Virus record (IMG/VR): IMGVR_UViG_3300031953_000074 | Location: 1 to 31,932 of that record | DNA from: a virus | Lineage: Duplodnaviria; Caudoviricetes | Strand: one strand, 5' to 3' | Length of the DNA: 31,932 bases | In this document: one piece after another, positions 1 through 8,328 of the stretch | Layout: every line of letters starts with the position of its first letter | Position numbering within the stretch: the stretch's first letter is position 1 | Position numbers and translations under genes: made by a program | Notes under the pieces: generated by a model | What the model saw: the letters and a program-made list of their open reading frames with translations, nothing else | Databases searched by the model: none | What the model was told of the DNA's origin: nothing

Positions 1-576
1 GCCTTTAAATACTGGCACATTAATTCTGAAAGATGCAGGGATATTTGATTCTACGGCCTGTGCAAGCAAGATTTTACGGTTCCCGCGTTCATCTGCCTGG
101 TTCTCTATTTCCTTATCTACTTTAGCCTTGAAGTTCCGCAATTCCGAAACCAATAACATCGCCTGGTCCTTGGTTTCAAAATGAGATCTATTCATTTTAA
201 TGAAATTCGACAATTCCAAAGTAGTCCGGGATTCTCCGGTATTGATCCTGAATTTTGTAAAGCGCGGATCTAAAGCCAAAACTCCGGCATAAGAACTTCT
301 CCAGGACATTCCTTCATCTTCTACAAATTCAATAGTGCCTTTATCCCTGTTCACTATCAAATGTGAAAATTGCAAAGGAGAATCTATATTGTCATTAAAT
401 GCCAGCAACCAATTTGAAGGATTGGTAAGATGGATTCTTGGCACTTCCAAAGTACCTACCACATTTACCGGTTTTCTAAAAGGAACTTCTGGAGCTGCTT
501 CCCCGTGCCGAATAATCACTTCATTCTGGCCTTCTGTTACGTGCAGATTAATCTGCTCATTTTTTTCTGTATTCAT
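1..576 (-). CDS. Early-region hypothetical phage protein, partial (runs off window start)
   Basis: Not in the ORF track. ATG at 576 opens MNTEKNEQINLHVTEG...ELRNFKAKVDKEIE...RINVPVFKG, with no stop before base 1. Follows 586..1008 on the same strand. Confidence 0.85.
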   Translation of the reverse strand, partial: MNTEKNEQINLHVTEGQNEVIIRHGEAAPEVPFRKPVNVVGTLEVPRIHLTNPSNWLLAFNDNIDSPLQFSHLIVNRDKGTIEFVEDEGMSWRSSYAGVLALDPRFTKFRINTGESRTTLELSNFIKMNRSHFETKDQAMLLVSELRNFKAKVDKEIENQADERGNRKILLAQAVESNIPASFRINVPVFKG

Positions 577-585
577 AATAAAAAT

Positions 586-1008
586 TTATTTGGTTCCTGT
601 TTTCGACATATCCACAATTCTGAATTGCTTCTCTTCCGGACGCAATACGCGGGAATGAATCAGGTTTCCTTCACCGTTGTAATACCCCATCAAACCTTCT
701 TCCTGGTCTGCCATCAAATACACTTCCTCAGTGACTTCCTCTACTTTAGATCTAAGCTTGTTAAGGGTGATAGCAAAGTTTTGTTTAAGCGGTTTTACCT
801 GTGATTTATGCTCGGTATTGAATTCCTTTTTCGCATCTTCCAGCTTCGCCAGTTGGACGGAATCCCGTACCATATCATCTTTAAGAAGGGAAAGGTCGTC
901 CCCGCTCAATTTTTTTGGATAGGTAAAGTTTTCCACTTTTTCGGCACTGTCCCTCAGCACCTGAATTCTTTCTTTAGGAGAAACTCCCTGTAAAAATTGT
1001 TGATACAT
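586..1008 (-). CDS. Hypothetical phage protein (coiled-coil)
   Basis: ORF 586..1017; the ATG at 1008 (MYQQF) after an AT-rich leader is the likelier start. Confidence 0.85.
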   Translation of the reverse strand: MYQQFLQGVSPKERIQVLRDSAEKVENFTYPKKLSGDDLSLLKDDMVRDSVQLAKLEDAKKEFNTEHKSQVKPLKQNFAITLNKLRSKVEEVTEEVYLMADQEEGLMGYYNGEGNLIHSRVLRPEEKQFRIVDMSKTGTK

Positions 1009-1039
1009 AATTATCAATTAAATTGGTTAATACACATTT

Positions 1040-1267
1040 TTATTTAGGCACGGCCCAACCGTAAAATTCAGGGCGTTTATCTTTGCTGTTTTCCGAAGAA
1101 AATAATTCATATACATACGATCCCAGTTCCAGGGCTTTTGCAGTTGCCTACTTATAACATTTAAATCCGAAGGTTACGCCAGAATGAAGCCGGTTGTTTA
1201 CATTCACATTTTCGGCCGTGTAATACTGGTTGCCGTCTTTCAACAATAATTGGTTTGCTTTACTCAT
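1040..1267 (-). pseudogene. Small phage gene interrupted by one in-frame TAG
   Basis: MSKANQ...FKCYK*ATAKALELGSYVYELF...FYGWAVPK*. TAG at 1148-1150, and the frame stays open to TAA at 1040-1042, filling the intergenic gap. Confidence 0.65.
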
Positions 1268-1283
1268 AATTTATTAGATTGGT

Positions 1284-1598
1284 TTATTTAACATTGGTGG
1301 TTGGGATTGCCTGCAGCCGGTTGTAAGCCAATTCAAGCATTTCCAGAAATTTCATTCCCTCTGTATTTACAAGGAATTCAATAGCCAGGTCCTCCAGTTT
1401 GGAGCTCATATAATTTGGATCGATTTTGAAAAAAGCAGCAATAGATCTATCGCTGGCATCGGTAAGTTTTCGGGCAAGGTAACAGGCCCACAACTTTAAT
1501 TCGGTATCTTTTACACCGGTGATCTCAAAGGGATCAGCATCTGCAGAAAGGCATAACAAGACCGTGATCTTCTGAAATTGGGGAGAATAAATTTTCAT
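1284..1598 (-). CDS. DNA-binding protein resembling the DnaA C-terminal (domain IV) HTH
   Basis: WACYLARKLTDASDRSIAAFF resembles the DnaA domain IV pattern AMYLxRxLTxxSLxxIGxxF. Confidence 0.6.
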   Translation of the reverse strand: MKIYSPQFQKITVLLCLSADADPFEITGVKDTELKLWACYLARKLTDASDRSIAAFFKIDPNYMSSKLEDLAIEFLVNTEGMKFLEMLELAYNRLQAIPTTNVK

Positions 1599-1654
1599 AA
1601 TCGGGGGGAGTTGGGGAGTTTATATTTTATATTAAATATTTTATAATTAATTTT

Positions 1655-1870
1655 TCAATATTCATTAGTCAATTCCAACTGCCAGCAGCTTCCGCATTTT
1701 CCGCTAAATTGGGATACCAAGGGATGCACCTGGCCGCATTTGCAGCTATTGGGATTCGTAGGATCGTGCTCCGGGGGTTCTTCCCTAAATTTGCGTTTTA
1801 CATCGGCTATTGCAAATCCAATGGCAGCGCCAAAACAAAAAATTATCAGGAAACTTGAAAAATAGATCAT
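1655..1870 (-). CDS. Small membrane-anchored protein with CxC...CxxC
   Basis: N-terminal hydrophobic helix, then CKCG and CGSC. Confidence 0.7.
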   Translation of the reverse strand: MIYFSSFLIIFCFGAAIGFAIADVKRKFREEPPEHDPTNPNSCKCGQVHPLVSQFSGKCGSCWQLELTNEY

Positions 1871-1872
1871 AA

Positions 1873-2028
1873 TTAAAGTATTTTATTACATTTTGAACAT
1901 TGGTCAACAAAGCTGCTGGCTACAGGGTCACATTCTCCAGGAGGGCATTCAGGCTTTTTAAAACCTGTTATCTCCATTCGTGGGGCTTTGTACCGGCGTT
2001 TTATGCGGCAATTTTGTTTCAGTCCCAT
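1873..2028 (-). CDS. Small Cys-rich hypothetical protein
   Basis: 3' part of ORF 1873..2178. The ATG at 2028 overlaps the upstream gene end; ECPPGEC...CSKC. Confidence 0.55.
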   Translation of the reverse strand: MGLKQNCRIKRRYKAPRMEITGFKKPECPPGECDPVASSFVDQCSKCNKIL

Positions 2029-2354
2029 ACCTCGCCACGTTGTTTTGCAATGCGTTCTACCGCAGTGATGGTTATTTTTTGTACCGGGCGCTGCCCTTTT
2101 TTGGTTTCGAATATTTCGCCTGGTTTGGCGTACTTTTGCGCAAATTTCTTTACGCTGCGGGTGTCTATGGCTCCCCAAATACGGGAATCTCCTATTTCCT
2201 TATACGAAAGCGCCGGCAGCCTTTTGTACTTTTTCTGAAGCTTCACAATTTCCAAATCAGCAAGGCGTTCTTCTACCAATGAGCGCGGAGAGATCACCAG
2301 ATCATTTCGCTCCAGGTGATCCATAAAGGCCGATATTTCAATAGTGCCGGTCAT
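2019..2354 (-). CDS. Hypothetical basic protein, possibly DNA-binding or excisionase-like
   Basis: Start MTGTIE at 2354 is coupled (TAATG) to the upstream small gene. Function is inferred from position only. Confidence 0.7.
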   Translation of the reverse strand: MTGTIEISAFMDHLERNDLVISPRSLVEERLADLEIVKLQKKYKRLPALSYKEIGDSRIWGAIDTRSVKKFAQKYAKPGEIFETKKGQRPVQKITITAVERIAKQRGEVWD

Positions 2355-2518
2355 TAGTTTTTTTCCTTGATCACAATTCCAAAAAACAATACACCAAACA
2401 TCGTAGAGAATACAAAGAGCAAGATTCCCAGCCACATCATACCTTTTAGAATTAACAGATATCCAAGGATGGCATATAAAATTGGAAGGGCAGCAAAAAG
2501 GGGTTTCAGATCTTTCAT
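2354..2518 (-). CDS. 54-aa protein with two transmembrane segments
   Basis: Not in the track. MKDLKPLFAALPILYAILGYLLILKGMMWLGILLFVFSTMFGVLFFGIVIKEKN*; stop overlaps the next ATG. Confidence 0.75.
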   Translation of the reverse strand: MKDLKPLFAALPILYAILGYLLILKGMMWLGILLFVFSTMFGVLFFGIVIKEKN

Positions 2519-2521
2519 AAT

Positions 2522-2788
2522 TTATTTTTTGGTTGGGGTAAGAATGTTTAATACAGCTTCAATATCCCGAAGCAATGCAGGTGAATTATCGCGAATTGCC
2601 CAAAAACGGTGCAATTGCTGGATGTTCTTAAAATCATACTGGTAGGCAGTATTGTATTTAGCAATTATGGCAACAAAATCTTCTCTCTTATTGAATTCCA
2701 ATAATTTAAAATCATTCAAAAGTTTTACTGCCATCGCCCAGCCTTCCATATTTTCATCTGCCGGGGTAATACATATGCTTTTTTTCAT
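2522..2788 (-). CDS. First gene of the early leftward operon (Cro position)
   Basis: Divergent from the repressor-like gene; likely start MKKSIC at 2788. Confidence 0.7.
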   Translation of the reverse strand: MKKSICITPADENMEGWAMAVKLLNDFKLLEFNKREDFVAIIAKYNTAYQYDFKNIQQLHRFWAIRDNSPALLRDIEAVLNILTPTKK

Positions 2789-2840
2789 ATATTTGTTATT
2801 AACCAATCTTTTCATCATTGAAATAAAAAGTTTGACAAGT

Positions 2841-2848
2841 CAAATATA
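2841..2848 (-). promoter_or_regulatory. Bacteroidota -7 promoter box for the early operon
   Basis: TATATTTG on the - strand matches the TAnnTTTG consensus, in the divergent intergenic region. Confidence 0.65.
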
Positions 2849-2926
2849 TGATATTATATAATACAATGTAGTATTTTATGGTATTATTTTAAACATAATC
2901 CGTAAATAAAATATAACAGTCTGAAA

Positions 2927-3394
2927 ATGAATTACTTAACTCCTAAGGAAAAACTAGAAATAGTATTGGATTTGTGTGAAAAGCACGGTATTACCGCATA
3001 CAATATTGGGGGAAATACCCCATTAAATGCCTCAGGAGTACAACGTATCTTAAAAAGAGAAGTAAGACCACAATCCAAGACGATTGATATACTTTATGAT
3101 TATGTAATTGAAAAAGAAAGGGAATCCAGACACAAAGAATCACTTAAGGTATTAGAAAATATAAACCCCGTGGAAGATTTAGAAACAGGCTACAGCAATT
3201 CAATACAAGAGATGGTTGCCCGGGAGGTTTATAAACGCCTGGAGCCACTTTTATCAGAGATCATTCAGCAGCAGCAACAAAGCAACCGTATTTTAATAAA
3301 GAATAGCATCCAGCTGGAGCGAATTAAAATAGATATAGATGATCTCAAAACTAATATTGAGGAAATGAACAAGGTTCTTTCCCCTAAAAAATAA
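2927..3394 (+). CDS. CI-like repressor (N-terminal HTH, coiled-coil C-terminus)
   Basis: GITAYNIGGNTPLNASGVQRILKREVRPQSKTI is XRE-HTH-like; divergent orientation; no S24 peptidase motif seen. Confidence 0.75.
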   Translation: MNYLTPKEKLEIVLDLCEKHGITAYNIGGNTPLNASGVQRILKREVRPQSKTIDILYDYVIEKERESRHKESLKVLENINPVEDLETGYSNSIQEMVAREVYKRLEPLLSEIIQQQQQSNRILIKNSIQLERIKIDIDDLKTNIEEMNKVLSPKK

Positions 3395-3533
3395 ATTTCG
3401 TAGAACTGGGTTTTTCAGGCATAATTTTCAATTCTTCTTCAAAATAAATCAGTAATTTTTTCTTCTCCTTCACCGAATAAAGATCTCGGTTATCCTGGTA
3501 GTTTTCAAATTCATCCAATATAGTACTATACAT
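3384..3533 (-). CDS. Possible 49-aa protein convergent with the repressor
   Basis: MYSTILDEFENYQDNRDLYSVKEKKKLLIYFEEELKIMPEKPSSTKFIF* is open in AT-rich DNA. Confidence 0.4.
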   Translation of the reverse strand: MYSTILDEFENYQDNRDLYSVKEKKKLLIYFEEELKIMPEKPSSTKFIF

Positions 3534-3734
3534 AATTCTTGCTAAGTTGATTATAAATATTGTAGATGTAGGGACGCCTAAATTAAGACAATATTAACAA
3601 GTGTCAAGCATAGCACTGTTAAATTTTGTAGTTATAACAGTTACATAATTGTAGTGTTAATTTATTTCTATGGTATTATATGGTATTTTAAATAATTATA
3701 GTACATTAGCTGAACCCAACCAACTAAATTATTT

Positions 3735-4076
3735 ATGAAAAAACTACTCCTTTTAATTTTTGGCGCGTTCTTTCTCGCCTGCTCCACTGAAGCTGTCCCT
3801 GAAGATCCTGTTATGCAATGCAACTGCAATTATGTGGTAACACGTTCAATTCTTGAAAGTACCTATTACCAGGACGGAACAGGTGAAAACCGATGGTTAG
3901 AAAAGGATAATGTGCTTACTAATAATCCAGACCCTAATCCTGATTGTTCTATGGACCGGGAAATAAAAACGGATTTTATAGCACCAGGAACTGTTTTACA
4001 AGAAGATGGAAGTAGAATAGCTACAGAGACGTGGATTTACTACACGTATGAATGTGAACAAGTGCAGGTTAATTAA
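3735..4076 (+). CDS. Lipoprotein, candidate superinfection-exclusion protein
   Basis: SPII signal MKKLLLLIFGAFFLA|C and an acidic mature part, located between repressor and integrase. Confidence 0.8.
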   Translation: MKKLLLLIFGAFFLACSTEAVPEDPVMQCNCNYVVTRSILESTYYQDGTGENRWLEKDNVLTNNPDPNPDCSMDREIKTDFIAPGTVLQEDGSRIATETWIYYTYECEQVQVN

Positions 4077-4085
4077 AATATTCTT

Positions 4086-4346
4086 ATGAATTACGAAAAA
4101 GGAAAAGGCGGGTTAATTCAAGGAAGTGAATTTAAGCCGAAAAAAAATCAAAACTCACCGCTGGAAGAATTAAAAAAAGCAATACATATCCTTGAAAATA
4201 GTCAGTTTTTTAAAAACCAAAAAGAAAAACAGGAAAAAGCAACTTTAGAATTTGCAGAAGCTACTTCAGCATATCTTAAATCAAAAGAACATCAAAAGAT
4301 TATGCAGGCTTTAAGTAAATTAGGAGGTATTAGTAAAAATAATTAA
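4086..4346 (+). CDS. AT-rich hypothetical lysogeny-region protein
   Basis: 86-aa ORF, 9 bp after the lipoprotein gene. Confidence 0.7.
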   Translation: MNYEKGKGGLIQGSEFKPKKNQNSPLEELKKAIHILENSQFFKNQKEKQEKATLEFAEATSAYLKSKEHQKIMQALSKLGGISKNN

Positions 4347-4361
4347 AGTTTAAGAAAATAT

Positions 4362-4571
4362 ATGAAAAATAAAGATATAATTGAATATTTAGAGCGTTTA
4401 ATAGAGCAGGTAAAAGAAGCGGATCACACAGATTTAAGCACTTCATTAGATATAAGAACGAATTTATTTCAAAATCCGGACCATAAGTTACCACAATTAG
4501 AAGTTAAAATTTTCACTCACGAAATAACTTTATCAATAGAAAAAAGAAAAAAAATCACTAAAACCGTTTAA
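4362..4571 (+). CDS. AT-rich hypothetical lysogeny-region protein
   Basis: 69-aa ORF convergent with, and overlapping, the integrase 3' end. Confidence 0.7.
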   Translation: MKNKDIIEYLERLIEQVKEADHTDLSTSLDIRTNLFQNPDHKLPQLEVKIFTHEITLSIEKRKKITKTV

Positions 4572-5793
4572 CTTTCATTTTCACAACAACTTTCCTGATC
4601 TTCTTTTCCTCAAAAACGCCCAAAATTTTCAATTGCGCGGCGTCCCTTTCTGCCTCTTTGAATTTGGCTTTATAGGCAGTATCAATATCGCTGCGTTCGT
4701 GTCCCATCATTTCGCGCAACATATCTTCGTGAATGCCGTGGTATTTTCCCAAGGTGGCAAAGCTGTGGCGCATCACCTTAAAGGTGAAATTTTCATTTTT
4801 GGGGTGTAACTCAATTTTAAGGAGTTTTTGAATTTTCAATAAATTTCGGCGGCCGTTGTTCATAAACGTATTATAACCCAACCTGTCCTTTCGCCAGGGA
4901 AAAACATATTCCCCAGGCCCGCCGTATTTATCAATAATTCTCTTTGCCGGTTCTGGCACCAGGAGATCAAACTCAAAAGCGATATCACTCATTTTCCCAC
5001 GTTCAAAAAACACGCGGTTTCGGGCAAACTGGCTGTTTTTTAGAAAATAAATGTCAATAAGATCTACCCCGCCAAGGTAGAATTGCAGCAATGCCAAATC
5101 AAGATCCCGGCGTTGCGCATCAGGCAAATTTGTAGTTTCCAAAATTCGGATGCTCGCCAAATCCAAATACCTGTTTTTCTTCCGCCGGTCCCGGGTGGGA
5201 ATATCCCGGCTAAAATCCTTAAAAGGCTGCAAATCCTTGGCAACCCTGGCACGAATAGCCCGGTTATAAATTGCCTTCAGGGCGCCGCCATAATGTTTAA
5301 TTGTCTTATTTCCATTTCCACGGGCCTTGCAAAAGTTCTTGAAATTTTCCAAAAGATAAGGAGTAAGCTCCACAAAATTCAGTTGCGGCTCAAATCGGGC
5401 AAGCGCATCCAGGGAATTCCGGTAAGATTGCGCATTACCCTCCTTATTCTGGTCCTGCAGCAATTTTACACAGCGATCGCCCCAGGTAAAGAAGTTGGTG
5501 CCCGCTAATTTTCGTGGAGCATCCTGCAGCATTTCAAATGCCTGGTCAAAATCTTCCAATTTCTGAAAATCCATTTTCACGGCTTTTGCACGCATATTCA
5601 GTATTTCAGGATATAAACTATCAAAATCAACGTGCGTGGACCGGGGCAATTGCAGTCCGCTATCCCAGTCGATAAGGGAAGAATGTGTTAAAATTTTTCT
5701 ACGGTGTTTTCTTTTATGGGAAATGATTAACTTTATAGGAAAGCCAGCGGCGGTTTCTCCATCCGTAACATATAATTTTACAGTTGCTTTCAT
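4558..5793 (-). CDS. int: Tyrosine integrase (Bacteroidota type: arm-binding, SAM-like and catalytic domains)
   Basis: 411 aa; FERGK, KVMRHSFAT, MMGH...DTAY; next to a tRNA 3' fragment. Confidence 0.93.
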   Translation of the reverse strand: MKATVKLYVTDGETAAGFPIKLIISHKRKHRRKILTHSSLIDWDSGLQLPRSTHVDFDSLYPEILNMRAKAVKMDFQKLEDFDQAFEMLQDAPRKLAGTNFFTWGDRCVKLLQDQNKEGNAQSYRNSLDALARFEPQLNFVELTPYLLENFKNFCKARGNGNKTIKHYGGALKAIYNRAIRARVAKDLQPFKDFSRDIPTRDRRKKNRYLDLASIRILETTNLPDAQRRDLDLALLQFYLGGVDLIDIYFLKNSQFARNRVFFERGKMSDIAFEFDLLVPEPAKRIIDKYGGPGEYVFPWRKDRLGYNTFMNNGRRNLLKIQKLLKIELHPKNENFTFKVMRHSFATLGKYHGIHEDMLREMMGHERSDIDTAYKAKFKEAERDAAQLKILGVFEEKKIRKVVVKMKVKRF

Positions 5794-5907
5794 AGCTTGA
5801 ACCTTGCATTAATTCGTACTCTTTTCGTAACAAAGTACTACAAAAATACCCTAATATATACTATATTTAACATTTTTGATATGTAAGAAGCCACCTCCAA
5901 AAACGCC

Positions 5908-5931
5908 AAAACCCCACTATTAGCGGGGTTT
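5908..5931 (-). terminator. Hairpin terminator after the tRNA 3' end
   Basis: - strand AAACCCCGCT-AAT-AGTGGGGTTTT. Confidence 0.7.
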
Positions 5932-5938
5932 CAGGGTG

Positions 5939-5985
5939 TGGAGAATATCGGAGTCGAACCGATGACCTTTTGGCTGCCAGCCAAA
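5939..5985 (-). other. 3' half of tRNA-Ala(GGC) (att core, not a complete tRNA)
   Basis: - strand TTTGG-CTGGCAG-CCAAA anticodon arm, T arm ATCGG-TTCGACT-CCGAT, and 3' acceptor strand ATTCTCCA. No D arm or 5' acceptor strand. Confidence 0.88.
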
Positions 5986-6069
5986 ATTAAAAGCTTTGGG
6001 AAGGGTTGTTAATGATAGTAAGTTGCTTTCTAAAGGTGGTAAATCGTAATCTTTTCGTAAACCATAAAA

Positions 6070-6435
6070 TCAAATAGATCCCATTAAATATCCAAATCCA
6101 GCCGCTCCAAGCAGGATCAGGAATTGCCGGAACCATCCCGGACTTTTATCCTTTTCGGCTTTTAACTGAGTTTCGGTAATGCCAAGGTTTTTGAAGATGA
6201 GTTGTATTTGCTGGTCCTGATCTGAGATTGTTTGTTTTTGCAAGCCATCTGACACCTTATATTTCCCAATTATAAGCGTGTTTATCAGGTCGGTTTGCCG
6301 GAGTTCATCCAGTTCTACCAAGTCCAAAGCCACCCGTTTTGCAATATCAAACGGAAGTTTAACGGTATCTTCTTGAGATAATACGGGCCAGGCTATCAGC
6401 ATTATCAATGCCGTTAATAACAGTCTTTTTTTCAT
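6070..6435 (-). CDS. Lysis-module protein at the Rz1 position (signal peptide, coiled coil, C-terminal TM)
   Basis: Start MKKRLLL at 6435; overlaps the upstream gene by 77 nt; no lipobox Cys. Confidence 0.7.
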   Translation of the reverse strand: MKKRLLLTALIMLIAWPVLSQEDTVKLPFDIAKRVALDLVELDELRQTDLINTLIIGKYKVSDGLQKQTISDQDQQIQLIFKNLGITETQLKAEKDKSPGWFRQFLILLGAAGFGYLMGSI

Positions 6436-6700
6436 TGCTTTTATGATAAATAACGGTTTTTGAATTCTCCAGGGCATTGATATCAACTTGCAGTTTTTTG
6501 GATAAATCAACCTGTGAGTTGATTTTATCTTCTAAAATCTTATAAGATTCCATATTTGCAATTTTCTGATCTTCAAGTTCAGTATTCAGGGTCTTGATTG
6601 ATTTGTTGGCACCGGTCAATTCAGAATTCAAATTGAAGATCAAATAAGCGGCTGCCAGGAGCAGGGAAATATATAGGATGTCTTTGGATTCAAATTTCAT
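6359..6700 (-). CDS. i-spanin (Rz)-like protein
   Basis: N-terminal TM plus long coiled coil, directly after the endolysin (ATGA overlap). Confidence 0.65.
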   Translation of the reverse strand: MKFESKDILYISLLLAAAYLIFNLNSELTGANKSIKTLNTELEDQKIANMESYKILEDKINSQVDLSKKLQVDINALENSKTVIYHKSNEKKTVINGIDNADSLARIISRRYR

Positions 6701-7203
6701 TTCAACCATTGTTTAATTACATCAGCATAAACGGCTTCATTTTCAAATTTGATGCAATCCTTCTGATCTCCAAAGAATGGCTCCAGTATAATTGCAGGGG
6801 CAGGCATAAGCGATAAGAACCCCCAACCCCTTCCGCCATCTTCTCCAATCTTTACGCCACGGTTTCTAATGCAGTATTTTTCTGAAATGCGTTTGCAAAA
6901 ATCTTCCCCTAATTTTTGAGTAAAGGTATTGCCGGGATAAGAAACCGTTTCACATCCCTGAGCTGATTTGTTGGCCGCATTAAAATGAAGCTCTATAATC
7001 AAATCGTACTTCTTGGGCTTCAATTCGGCTGCAAGCAATCTCATTTGAGTTGTGTACCCACCTCCTAAAGGCCGTTTATAAACATCAAATGTGTGCAGAT
7101 AACTTGCAACTTCCGAATTGTACATATATTCCGAGGTGTGCAATTCCTGTGAAAATGCGCCCGGGGATTTCATATCGTGACCGATTATTACTGCTACTTT
7201 CAT
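6697..7203 (-). CDS. Endolysin, N-acetylmuramoyl-L-alanine amidase (Amidase_3)
   Basis: IIGH...SE...ELHFNA...IILEPFF zinc and catalytic motifs. Confidence 0.92.
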   Translation of the reverse strand: MKVAVIIGHDMKSPGAFSQELHTSEYMYNSEVASYLHTFDVYKRPLGGGYTTQMRLLAAELKPKKYDLIIELHFNAANKSAQGCETVSYPGNTFTQKLGEDFCKRISEKYCIRNRGVKIGEDGGRGWGFLSLMPAPAIILEPFFGDQKDCIKFENEAVYADVIKQWLK

Positions 7204-7562
7204 TATGCCGATGTTGTGTTATTATTTTGCGCTTCCACTAATTTCTGGTATTGAATCTCCTTCATTATCTTTGCGGGCAACGTGTCCATTTTGCTATCCA
7301 TAGAATCGTAATACTCTTTTGTTTGAATATTGCCTTGTTTTTGTAACTCTAATTGTTTTTCCGCAATGTCGTTCTGTTTGCTTGCCAGCTCCACAAATTG
7401 CTTATTAGAGGCTTTGGCTTCAAATTTCCATTCCCGGGAATTTTCCTCCTGGATCTTATATAAATGCCAAGCGAAAAACCCAACGACGATTAATAACGCC
7501 CCTACGATCCCATAGTTGAGGAAAGATGATATTGCAGATTCTAATTGTAATGGTATTAACAT
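7203..7562 (-). CDS. Putative holin
   Basis: One N-terminal TM plus coiled coil, coupled to the endolysin. Confidence 0.6.
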   Translation of the reverse strand: MLIPLQLESAISSFLNYGIVGALLIVVGFFAWHLYKIQEENSREWKFEAKASNKQFVELASKQNDIAEKQLELQKQGNIQTKEYYDSMDSKMDTLPAKIMKEIQYQKLVEAQNNNTTSA

Positions 7563-7576
7563 AATTTATGAGGGGG

Positions 7577-8020
7577 TTAATAGTGTTTGTGTGGTTTACT
7601 TGGATCTCGTACCTGTTCAAAAAATAAATCTATATACAATCTTCTTATAGGTTGTTTACTGAAAAAATATGAACTCCCAAACTTATTCTCTGCCATAATA
7701 TTATAAGAACACAGCGGGCAATGATCAACTTCCAAATGATGGCCTATTTCGTGGTATGTCCTGAATATCAATTCAAAATCATCCTTTATATTGCTGTCTA
7801 TTGTAATGGTACAAATCCCGTTTTTGTGCCAATGTTCATTTTTAGCACCAGGCAAAAACAGGATTTTATTAATGGTCGAAAGTCGTTGTTTCACTTCTAT
7901 TCCCCTGCTTTCTGCCTGAATTACAAACCCATCCAGAAGTTCCGCAGTAACCACAGGCCAGTTTGATTTTTGCGCTGATATATTCAGGCAGAAAAACAGG
8001 AATAGAAATATTAGTTTCAT
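7577..8020 (-). CDS. Secreted metzincin-type zinc metalloprotease
   Basis: Signal peptide ending SA|Q; HEIGHHLEVDH (HExxHxxxxxH) and Met-turn NIMA. Confidence 0.8.
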   Translation of the reverse strand: MKLIFLFLFFCLNISAQKSNWPVVTAELLDGFVIQAESRGIEVKQRLSTINKILFLPGAKNEHWHKNGICTITIDSNIKDDFELIFRTYHEIGHHLEVDHCPLCSYNIMAENKFGSSYFFSKQPIRRLYIDLFFEQVRDPSKPHKHY

Positions 8021-8328
8021 CTCCCTTGCTTTAATTTATCTGAAATTTTTTCCATATCCCGTTGTGCCTGATTCGTGGTCACGGTGAAATACAATACATT
8101 GGCTATTCTATTAGGACAATCTTCGCACTCTGTAACTTCCAGCCAAAAAACATATTCCTTTCCAAGTATAAAATCCCCGTTGGGTACTTGGTAGGATATA
8201 TAGATATTTCGTGATTGCAAAATAGCTTGTTCTGATATGACCGTTTTGACCGTTGCGACTGTTTTTGTAATTTCTTGTGCTGATAAATTCAGCGATAAAA
8301 ACAGGAATAAAATTAGTAGTTTTTTCAT
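8017..8328 (-). CDS. Secreted hypothetical protein with CxxC
   Basis: Signal peptide ending SA|Q; CEDC. Confidence 0.75.
   Translation of the reverse strand: MKKLLILFLFLSLNLSAQEITKTVATVKTVISEQAILQSRNIYISYQVPNGDFILGKEYVFWLEVTECEDCPNRIANVLYFTVTTNQAQRDMEKISDKLKQGR

Larger units (their letters stand above)
5814..6060. mobile_element. attP region: tRNA-derived core flanked by direct-repeat arm-type sites
   Basis: TCGTA(C/A)TCTTTTCGTAA at 5814-5830 and 6044-6060 (16/17 identical) flank the tRNA fragment. Confidence 0.8.

Noticed and set aside
1148-1150. Genome-wide TAG recoding
   Set aside because: Long genes are intact in code 11, and TAG ends several genes at sensible positions (e.g. 18004, 20804, 21037).
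3568-3590. Additional REP copy (GTAGGGACGCC...)
   Set aside because: Only the left half matches and no complementary arm follows, so it was not counted.
4558-5793. Integrase as the IntI of the cassette array
   Set aside because: It is ~19 kb away, has its own tRNA-type attP with arm sites and shows no IntI-type motifs. Not formally excluded without an assay.
5939-5985. Functional tRNA gene
   Set aside because: Only the anticodon arm to the 3' end is present; the upstream sequence forms no D arm or acceptor stem.
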